From an uncultured virus (IMG/VR IMGVR_UViG_3300005239_004183) (lineage: Duplodnaviria; Heunggongvirae; Uroviricota; Caudoviricetes), in the IMG/VR virus record IMGVR_UViG_3300005239_004183: a DNA stretch of 20,000 nt; one strand, given 5' to 3'. Positions 1 to 9,300 of this stretch are shown here, in pieces (within the stretch, counting starts at the first letter, position 1; every line of letters begins with the position of its first letter). Position numbers and translations under genes: made by a program. Below the pieces are notes generated by a model. It saw only the letters and a program-made list of their open reading frames with translations. It did not search any database and was not told where the DNA came from.

Positions 1-836
1 TTTTCATCATCTTCCATTTTACTAATTAAATTATCGTAGGCTGAATCCATAAATACTCTATATTCTCTTTTGTTACCTACATTAATAGTTAAATCATCTT
101 TTTCAAAAAGGACATTCATCCTTTTTCTAATATCCATAATTACATTATTATGTTTGAATTGATATTTGTTTAAAATAAACCAATCTATATCTCTATAACT
201 TTTAATGTTATCCATAGATGATACATCTTGCAACCTTAGATTTCCTGTTTTATCTATTCTAATGTTTTCGGAGTAAAATTTCCAATAGAAATCTTTATCC
301 TTGAACACATCAAAATATAAATCTCTTGCACTCATTAATGAACCCATATCTTTTTGAGTTAGTGAATCTTCAAATGTTTGATGATAATAATTCATAGTTT
401 CAAAATATTCCTTTTGTAAATCAAATAATTTCTTTTGTTCAAATTGATTTAACTTAGATAGTATCATACTTCGGTAATCTTGAACACCTTTACTATTATA
501 AATAAATGGAGAATCTTCTAAAATTATTTCATCAAATACTCTTGGATATTTAGTAGTAATATCATCAGCAATTTTAGATACAGATTTAGTATCATTGTTA
601 ATTGTTAATAATTTTTCAACATCATTTTGCATCTGTTCATAATATTTGTTTCCCGAATCAGAAGCAATTTCACCCTTAATGGTTTCTTTAAAATCATCAT
701 AAGCCCTAACTAATTTATAATTGTCAGTTGCTACTACTTTGCTTATATCGCCTTTTATGACAGGGGCTACATGGTAGTGAATTAGATGTTCCATAGTAAA
801 TTCAGAATCCTTTTTATTTACAAATTCTCCAGAACC
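1..836 (-). CDS. Partial hypothetical protein (open at both ends); possibly the C-terminal part of the nucleotidyltransferase gene at 1370-2089
   Basis: Manual translation from 836 downward gives about 278 codons with no stop (GSGEFVNKKDSEFTMEHLIHYHVAPVIKGD...FYWKFYSENIRIDKTG...YDNLISKMEDDE), running off the window edge. It is absent from the ORF track and its 5' end lies in the N gap. Confidence 0.85.
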
Positions 837-1369
837 NNNNNNNNNNNNNNNNNNNNNNNNNNNNNNNNNNNNNNNNNNNNNNNNNNNNNNNNNNNNNNNN
901 NNNNNNNNNNNNNNNNNNNNNNNNNNNNNNNNNNNNNNNNNNNNNNNNNNNNNNNNNNNNNNNNNNNNNNNNNNNNNNNNNNNNNNNNNNNNNNNNNNNN
1001 NNNNNNNNNNNNNNNNNNNNNNNNNNNNNNNNNNNNNNNNNNNNNNNNNNNNNNNNNNNNNNNNNNNNNNNNNNNNNNNNNNNNNNNNNNNNNNNNNNNN
1101 NNNNNNNNNNNNNNNNNNNNNNNNNNNNNNNNNNNNNNNNNNNNNNNNNNNNNNNNNNNNNNNNNNNNNNNNNNNNNNNNNNNNNNNNNNNNNNNNNNNN
1201 NNNNNNNNNNNNNNNNNNNNNNNNNNNNNNNNNNNNNNNNNNNNNNNNNNNNNNNNNNNNNNNNNNNNNNNNNNNNNNNNNNNNNNNNNNNNNNNNNNNN
1301 NNNNNNNNNNNNNNNNNNNNNNNNNNNNNNNNNNNNNNNNNNNNNNNNNNNNNNNNNNNNNNNNNNNNN

Positions 1370-2089
1370 CTCAATAGCCCTTAACATCATCCGAGGCTCT
1401 TCTTCAAATCGCCTAACAGGATTGCCTACTGTTTTTAAAATATTAGAATGAATATCCCACGACCCTTGAAAATAATCATAGATATATCCTCTTTCATCCA
1501 TTATTAACGAATTGACAGTAAAATCTTTATTATTAATTTCATCTATAATCCTATTATATATTTCATACATAGGAATAGTCTTAGAATCTTTAACTATCGG
1601 AGGTAAATATTTAGAATAAGTGGATATTTCAAATTTCCATCTTTTACCCTCAAGAGTTTTAGTAGCAGTTACTAATGGCCTATGCCCCTCAACTATATAT
1701 TTATTATTCTTTTTCAAACCCTCTTCCAATTCCTTGATTTTATCAAATTCAGATACAACAGATACCCCTCCATCAACTTTCTTATATTTTTTAAAGCCAT
1801 TATTGATATTCTCAAATCCTAAATCACTTAGTATTTGTTCAACATCAGATGGTAACATAGGAGTAATGAAATCAAAATCATTCACCTTCTTGTATTTTAC
1901 CATATCCCTTACTGCACCACCCACTAAAAACAAATCTGTAAATTTGTCTGAAAAAGATTTAAAGATACTTATAACTTCTTTATAAACTGTTGATTCGGAG
2001 GGTGTGATTTTTTTAATCTCTCTTTCTAACGAACCTTGAAACTTTTTTTTAGGTTGAGGTGTTTTCTTATTTTCTGATTCAAATATCAT
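1370..2089 (-). CDS. Class II (bacterial-type) CCA-adding/poly(A) polymerase family nucleotidyltransferase, head domain (3' part lost in N gap)
   Basis: Motif A FLVGGAVRD...DFDF, third carboxylate region FEISTY, DFTVNSL...IYDYFQGSWDI, and VGNPVRRFEEEPRMMLRAI match the PolyA_pol/CCA head-domain layout. An SD-like GGTGGTGA lies just upstream of the ATG. Confidence 0.9.
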
Positions 2090-2129
2090 AGTATCACCAC
2101 CTATATTTTTAATAATGATGGTTTGTTAT

Positions 2130-2396
2130 TTAATGTTTTACCATCCATCTCATTTTTAAATCTATATTATAGCCATCTGCATTACACAATAAATAATTCA
2201 TAGCGTCTGTTATTTCATTTTCAAAAACTTGGGTGGATTCACAAGAAATATATTCTTGAACACAAATATTATATTCCACATAATAAGTTTTACTATCTAT
2301 ATCAAAATCATAATTATCTAATTCAATATCTTCCAAATTAATATGCTCTATTAAGGATTCAAAAATAATATCTTCAACCTTTACAATATCTAACAT
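2130..2396 (-). CDS. Hypothetical acidic protein, 88 aa
   Basis: ORF track. TATA-like TTTAGATAG (2418-2426, minus strand) ends 21 nt before the ATG. Confidence 0.75.
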   Translation of the reverse strand: MLDIVKVEDIIFESLIEHINLEDIELDNYDFDIDSKTYYVEYNICVQEYISCESTQVFENEITDAMNYLLCNADGYNIDLKMRWMVKH

Positions 2397-2417
2397 ATAA
2401 AAAGGTGATAGAAACGA

Positions 2418-2708
2418 CTATCTAAAGATTTTCCCATTTAACTTAAGAGGAAGATTTAATTCAAGATTACATTTAATGATATAATTTATTTGCTCAAATA
2501 AATCAAAAACACAAGAATCGTTTAGCCATTGTTTAGGGTTTAGACTGATGCAAAGTTTTTCACAACCCTCTTCTAATATTACATTTCCTTTAAAAAATAT
2601 TTGGTCTAAAACTACTTCTATATCTTCTAAAGCATTATATACATTATTTGAAAACTCAATGTTTCGGGATAGGACTCTTTTAGCCCCATTAGTAATTTTA
2701 AGATTCAT
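2418..2708 (-). CDS. Hypothetical protein, 96 aa (start revised to ATG 2708, MNLKITNG)
   Basis: TTAAATAG box at 2730-2737 ends 21 nt before ATG 2708, the same spacing as other genes in the window. Confidence 0.75.
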   Translation of the reverse strand: MNLKITNGAKRVLSRNIEFSNNVYNALEDIEVVLDQIFFKGNVILEEGCEKLCISLNPKQWLNDSCVFDLFEQINYIIKCNLELNLPLKLNGKIFR

Positions 2709-2751
2709 TTTAGGGACTCTCCCGTTCAACTATTTAATTTTTTTCCATACT

Positions 2752-2883
2752 TTATGCATATTTTCTTAATGGAAATACTACATCATAAAATCCTTCATAC
2801 CACCCAAACTTAACATCTGGAACAGAATACGCTTGAATAGCATATCCCATGTGTTCCATAAAATCACTCCAAAAATCTTTCAT
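2752..2883 (-). CDS. C-terminal fragment of an unknown protein (MKDFWSDFMEH...VVFPLRKYA), or a small gene
   Basis: Open frame from the edge of the 31-N gap to TAA at 2752. It does not resemble an RNR C-terminus. Confidence 0.5.
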   Translation of the reverse strand: MKDFWSDFMEHMGYAIQAYSVPDVKFGWYEGFYDVVFPLRKYA

Positions 2884-2914
2884 NNNNNNNNNNNNNNNNN
2901 NNNNNNNNNNNNNN

Positions 2915-4303
2915 TGCACAATTTCTAATCCCATATTCTCTAATTTTCTTTCTCAACCCCTTTTGCAAAGTTTTACAGAATCCCGAATCTAAAAATTCTT
3001 GACTCTTAAATGCGGGGAATGGACCTCGTTCAACGGCAAGATAAGTTGATGCCTCATAAGCCCTCTTTTTAATAAAATTAAATATTTTTTCAACCATTTT
3101 CCTACCGTCTGCACTATTGTATTTCAAACCTAATTGAATTAAACAATGTCCAAGACCCATAACACCTAATCCAATTCTCCTTACATTATGGCAATTCTTT
3201 TCAATTTCGGGAGTAGGATAATTATTTACATCTAATACATCATCTAAAAATCTAACACCTAAGATGACGGTATCTGCAAGTAAATCCCAATTAATATCTG
3301 ATGCATCTTCAAGAATCATTTTAGAAAGATTAATTGAACCTAAATCGCAACAACCATAGGGTTCTAACCAAATTTCACCACAAGGATTTGTGCTAATGAG
3401 AGGGGTATGATACCAAATGTTATTCATTTCATTAGCAAGACCTTCATTAAGAATACCCGGCTCTCCAGATTCCCAAGAATTATTAACTATAATGTCCCAG
3501 ATTTCTTTGGCAGGAATTTTACTAATTTCTTTATTTTGCCATTCAAAAACCACATCTTCCTCATTTTTAACCTTTTCAAAGAATTCATTATCCACCAAAA
3601 CAGAAACATTTGAGTTTTTTAATTTTTGGTCTAATTGATTCTTAATTAGTTTTTGGTAAATTACAGAATTATCTTCTGAAAACATTTCAGTTAATTCTTT
3701 AACATCAGAATGTGGTAAATTAGGGAATGCATTTTGCAATTCTTGATTAATATTATCCCCTTCAACTGAAACCTTATTAAATTTCTCTTCAAGAAACTCT
3801 AATACATCTGGGTGGTCATATCTTAAACATTGCATTAGAGCCGTTCTTCGCCCACCACCTGCTTTGATTACTTCTCCAACTTCATTAACTACTTGCATAA
3901 GTGAAACTGCACCTGTGGATTGCCCTCCGGAGCCTCTAATTGGAATACCTCTTGGCCGAATTGGAGAATAATTAATACCTACTCCCCCTCCTGTTCCACT
4001 AATAATTAACATATCTGAAACAGTTTTAGCCCAACCCTCTCTTGAATCTTCGGTAGGGATTACAAAACAATTTAGTAATTGACCCTTAGCCCTTCCAGAA
4101 CCATACCAAATCCTACCGCCGGGAATAAATTTATTACTTACTAAGGCATTAGTAAATCTTTCAGACCAATAATCCCTCTTTCCATTCTCGGCTTGAGATA
4201 CATGATTGGCGACTCTTTTACAAGCCCCCTCCCAACTTTCACCTTCATTAAGTGCATATCTTTGTTTAAAAATTGTTTCTGCGAAATCTTTTGGCTCATA
4301 CAT
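2915..4303 (-). CDS. nrdJ: Class II adenosylcobalamin-dependent ribonucleotide reductase, no ATP cone; 3' end lost in gap
   Basis: FIPGGRI, QLLNCFV (redox Cys), GGGVG, GGGRRTA, HPDVLEF, NVSV, SGEPG, TNPCGEIWL...CDLGSIN (thiyl Cys, Glu, resolving Cys), RRIGLGVMG, GIRNCA. No NrdB-like small subunit is visible in the window. Confidence 0.9.
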
Positions 4304-4312
4304 TATTTTAGT

Positions 4313-4353
4313 CCTCCTATTGCTTTTTCCCTATCTTGATAACAACTATATAA
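4313..4353 (-). promoter_or_regulatory. nrdJ promoter (TTATATAG at 4346-4353) plus Shine-Dalgarno AGGAGG (4313-4318)
   Basis: Minus strand reads aagtaTTATATAG...atAGGAGGactaaaataATG. The TATA box ends 42 nt upstream of the ATG, implying a short leader. Confidence 0.7.
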
Positions 4354-4404
4354 TACTTATTCACCCAACCGAGTAAAGAGTTTATAACTTAGTCTTTATC
4401 TATC

Positions 4405-6321
4405 CTAAATTGAGGGATAATATGTTTCAATATAGTCCACTACTCTATCAATCAAGACCATTCCCTTCGCAACTCCATACACAGGATGCCACATAGGGGT
4501 TCTTGAATAGGTTGATNNNNNNNNNNNNNNNNNNNNNNNNNNNNNNNNNNNNNNNNNNNNNNNNNNNNNNNNNNNNNNNNNNNNNNNNNNNNNNNNNNNN
4601 NNNNNNNNNNNNNNNNNNNNNNNNNNNNNNNNNNNNNNNNNNNNNNNNNNNNNNNNNNNNNNNNNNNNNNNNNNNNNNNNNNNNNNNNNNNNNNNNNNNN
4701 NNNNNNNNNNNNNNNNNNNNNNNNNNNNNNNNNNNNNNNNNNNNNNNNNNNNNNNNNNNNNNNNNNNNNNNNNNNNNNNNNNNNNNNNNNNNNNNNNNNN
4801 NNNNNNNNNNNNNNNNNNNNNNNNNNNNNNNNNNNNNNNNNNNNNNNNNNNNNNNNNNNNNNNNNNNNNNNNNNNNNNNNNNNNNNNNNNNNNNNNNNNN
4901 NNNNNNNNNNNNNNNNNNNNNNNNNNNNNNNNNNNNNNNNNNNNNNNNNNNNNNNNNNNNNNNNNNNNNNNNNNNNNNNNNNNNNNNNNNNNNNNNNNNN
5001 NNNNNNNNNNNNNNNNNNNNNNNNNNNNNNNNNNNNNNNNNNNNNNNNNNNNNNNNNNNNNNNNNNNNNNNNNNNNNNNNNNNNNNNNNNNNNNNNNNNN
5101 NNNNNNNNNNNNNNNNNNNNNNNNNNNNNNNNNNNNNNNNNNNNNNNNNNNNNNNNNNNNNNNNNNNNNNNNNNNNNNNNNNNNNNNNNNNNNNNNNNNN
5201 NNNNNNNNNNNNNNNNNNNNNNNNNNNNNNNNNNNNNNNNNNNNNNNNNNNNNNNNNNNNNNNNNNNNNNNNNNNNNNNNNNNNNNNNNNNNNNNNNNNN
5301 NNNNNNNATTTCTTTTACTGCCTGTTCCACCCCTACCTCCAAAAACACTACCCCTACTTCCTACGGGGTTGTTATCTCTCACGCCTCGGTTAGCAGTTTG
5401 TGATGTTTTTGCAACATATGTGTAAATCCAAGAACCTCCCACACAGGCCAATTTACTTTTTGCTTCAAATTTAGATAATGTATCAATTACACTTTGACTT
5501 GGTATTTTTTCAGCATTTCCTTTAATACTCACCTTTAAACACCCTCCAATATCTGTAACTCCTACTATGCTTTCCTTTCGGTATTCTGCAATGTCCCAAC
5601 ATTCTAAAGTAATAGTTTCATCCTTTTCCTTTTTAGTTTCAAAATAAGAGAGCGCATAGAGCATATCTCTAATTTCCATTTCAATCTCAACTTCATCGTG
5701 AATATACATTAAAAAGTCAAAATCTTTATATTTTCCTTTTGGAATATAAATTAGGTGATTTTCGTCTGGCTTATGATATTCAACTCCTTCGGGCAGTTTG
5801 TCTTTAATCAAATTATAGAATCCGTCTGTAATTCTAACAAATATGTCATAATCTCGCCCATATTTTTCTTCAAACTTATCCTCCAATTGGATTTTGACTT
5901 CACCCCTCGTATCCTTTGGTTTGTCATCAACTTTCTTATTTGTTTTAGATTTAGTAGTAGTTGCCAATGCAGTTGATTTAGCACCTACTCTTGGTTTGTA
6001 TATAATTTTAGTCCCGCTTTCGTTAATTTTACTATACCCATCTTGAAAATGACCTAATGCTTTAGCATGACTTACCCATGCTTGTTCAGTTTTACCCTCA
6101 TATTTACAACCGGGTGCATTACATTTAAATGGCTTTTTATTTTTGCTTGAATAATTAGAAACACCCTTTGATTTAGAGGTAGTTGTAGTTGCTTTCTTAG
6201 CCTTTTTATCCTCTATTACAACAACGGGCGCACCGGGAATATTATTATCATTCATGTGAACGACGGCTTCATCTCTCTTACCAAATTTTTCACCGTCAGG
6301 AGTTATATATTTCCGAGCCAT
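4405..6321 (-). CDS. Hypothetical protein with a C2H2-type zinc finger and Lys/Thr-rich linkers; spans an N gap, so may be two genes
   Basis: FKCNAPGCKYEGKTEQAWVSHAKALGH = C-x4-C-x12-H-x5-H (6049-6123). It starts 7 nt after the upstream stop, with an SD-like GGTGA overlapping that stop. Confidence 0.75.
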   Translation of the reverse strand: MARKYITPDGEKFGKRDEAVVHMNDNNIPGAPVVVIEDKKAKKATTTTSKSKGVSNYSSKNKKPFKCNAPGCKYEGKTEQAWVSHAKALGHFQDGYSKINESGTKIIYKPRVGAKSTALATTTKSKTNKKVDDKPKDTRGEVKIQLEDKFEEKYGRDYDIFVRITDGFYNLIKDKLPEGVEYHKPDENHLIYIPKGKYKDFDFLMYIHDEVEIEMEIRDMLYALSYFETKKEKDETITLECWDIAEYRKESIVGVTDIGGCLKVSIKGNAEKIPSQSVIDTLSKFEAKSKLACVGGSWIYTYVAKTSQTANRGVRDNNPVGSRGSVFGGRGGTGSKRNXXXXXXXXXXXXXXXXXXXXXXXXXXXXXXXXXXXXXXXXXXXXXXXXXXXXXXXXXXXXXXXXXXXXXXXXXXXXXXXXXXXXXXXXXXXXXXXXXXXXXXXXXXXXXXXXXXXXXXXXXXXXXXXXXXXXXXXXXXXXXXXXXXXXXXXXXXXXXXXXXXXXXXXXXXXXXXXXXXXXXXXXXXXXXXXXXXXXXXXXXXXXXXXXXXXXXXXXXXXXXXXXXXXXXXXXXXXXXXXXXXXXXXXXXXXXXXXXXXXXXXXXSTYSRTPMWHPVYGVAKGMVLIDRVVDYIETYYPSI

Positions 6322-6328
6322 ATATATT

Positions 6329-9300
6329 TCACCATCCTTTTACTATATCAAGGATTCTATCATAAGTTTCCGCTTCCACAATCTCATCACCATCAGCACC
6401 AGCACCATATCGGTCTTGATAAATTAAGAATTCTTCTAATCTTCTATCTCTAATTGAAGCGGCTAATCTCTTAGTATCATTATTTGCATAGGGCCAATCA
6501 ATCATAAAATAAACATAAGAAATATCAATTTGTTTTTCTGGAGTAGCAAGTAAATGTCCATATCCATTTAATATCCAATATTGAATTTGTTGAATATAAC
6601 CCATATTTAATTGTCTGNNNNNNNNNNNNNNNNNNNNCATATTATTTTCATCCCAAGTATTTCTCCATGCAGGTATTTCCTTTTGACCTTGGAAGGTTTC
6701 TGAATCGGCCATAACCAAAACCATACCTGTATCCCATTTAGCAGGGGTTCCTTTAAAGTTTAATTTAGTTTCAGACCTTTGACTTTCGGGAATGAAACTA
6801 TATAATTCTTCAAGAGTTGTGGATTTTTGGAATTGTTTGGTGTTTTTTACTCCTGTTTCACCATCCCATGTAATTTCTATACCCTTAACCGTATAATATT
6901 TTCTTTTCTTTACAATACTTTGAACGAATAGCAATTCGGAAGAAGTTATTTCATTTCTTTTAATTCGCTTCTCAACTTCTCGTTGTAATATCTCCCCATC
7001 CTCTTCATAGTCCTCTTGAACCATCTTTATCTTTTCAGATTCATCAATGTCAAATTTCAAAATATAATGAGGTCTATCTAAAACAGGTAATGCCTTATCT
7101 GCAATGGCCTCTCTTTGCCCGTCTTTATTGTAAAACATGGAGTTATTTACAGGGAGTTTCATAGCACCTTTGTAAGTGCCCCCTCTCCAATACTCTAACC
7201 AATCGCCATTATTATTTATTACAGATTGTATATAATCTCTAACATTTTTTGGAGTGTTCATACTAAGTGTTGAATAAAAATTAGCATCACCATGTAGCCT
7301 GTCAATTCTATTAACATCTTGATTCACATTGATAGATAAAATATCTAAAATTGTATTAATTATAATGTCATTTTGTGCAATTGATAATGAGGGATTACTT
7401 AACATTTGAATATGGTATTGATTAATATATTGTTTCCACTCAAAACCACTATCTATTACATCTGATAAGCAAGGGTTAGAAAACAAAATCTCTCTCTTTT
7501 CTGGATATTCTTGGAAAAGATATTTCCAACCAGCAACACTTAATGATGGATTTTGTGTGAAATTATTAATTACAATATTTAATACCTCATCATAATCACC
7601 CTCATAAGTTTCAGAAATTAACGACCATTTCATACCATAACTTCCAATTGTAGCAGGTAGCATCAGCCTCATTTGTAGGCTTTGAGGGGTGTAAATATTT
7701 TTAGAAAATCCTCTTGCAACTTGATTCAAAATGTAAATATATTCAGTATTTTCATTTAATAATTTATATCTCTCACTCATCTTAGCAGGTAATTTAGAAA
7801 ATACCGGTTTTCTAATTCCTTTTTTGTATAGTCCTTTTAAAGCAGTTTGCATAATTAGATTTTCAAAGAATATAAATGCTTTAGGTTCTATAATCCAACT
7901 TGCAACTTCTCTCCATCCAAGACCCCACAATAATTCTTGATTATTTAAAATATACCTCATAGCGGCAGGAGGGACTACATCTCTTTCTTCCATTGAGCCA
8001 TGTTGATTAATAAAATCATAAGTCAATAATTGTTCCATTGAATCTCTTGGCAATCTTTTAAGAGTTTCAGTAAATCTTTTTTCAGTAATATACATATCTC
8101 GTTCCGATAAATTTATGTCCTCCCTATTAATGGTTTTAAACAAGAATTGTTTGAATGGTAGCCCATATGCTTCAACATCATAAGATTTAATGACCTTATC
8201 AGTAATGACTCCACAATTAGTATATAGCCAATTAAATACTGAAACACTTCTAACATTCTCCCATAATGCACTTGAAGGATAAATAGGAGTTTCTATGTCC
8301 AATGTTTCTTTATTCGTTTGGTATGGTTGAACCATTTTATTACAACCAGAATCTAAAGCATATTTAATAGCCTCAACAGTTTGTCTGTCAAAATTAGATT
8401 CAGATTCCAAGTAGGGTATATTTTGCAACCCTAAATAACCACCTTTGATTGTTTTTTGTCCAATACCATAATCAGTTGCATTTTGTATAGGGATGCAAAT
8501 TGACATTTCTATATCATTCATAAGTTGTATCAATTGTTGTCTAAATGTGCTGGCTATTTGAGTTTGTCTTTTGTGTGTGGGGGATTGTCCATTAATCCAA
8601 AGTCTAAAGTGAGAATAGTCTTTACCATGATGAGTCCGATATTCATTAAAAAGGTCATCAGACCAAACATAATCTCTAAATGATTTTAACAATAATAGAT
8701 AATCCTTTTGAGTGAGATTTGGTGAAAACAAGATTCTTCTCATTGCTGAAATCCATTCTTGAATAACTACCTGTTGATTTATAGTGGTTGTCCTCATTCC
8801 CGTTTTTAGGGTTTTTCTTTGCACACTCCCCAAACTTGATTTACCAAGATAAGCCCTCCGCCTAAGATTATCTCTTGCAATAAGCCTTTCAATATTGGCC
8901 TTTGTCTTTTTAAAATACATACAATTATGGGGGCCTTTAATCATATTTTTAACAATTTTTTGTAAAATCGGAGTAGGTGCATTACAAACCATTCTTTTTG
9001 ATTTTAAAGAATTATAGTCTGAATTATTTTCAAGTCTGCCTAATAAACTTAAATAATGGATTTCAATAATACTTCCAATTTTCTGATTTGTTCTAATGCC
9101 AGCCCCATTATCCCCTACCTTAAAACCTTTATGATTTGAAAATAAAGTCAAATGGATATTTGTTGAGGAATTAGGATGAGTAAGTAAATCTCTAACCAAT
9201 GAATCATCATTTTTATATGAGGCATAATCATCATATTTATCATCATAAAAGGCAATATTTTCTGCAACTTCCACAAATATCCTTTCGGTTTCTGCTGTTG

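Noticed and set aside
3623..3781. Intein in RNR
   Set aside because: Too short and lacks splice-junction residues.
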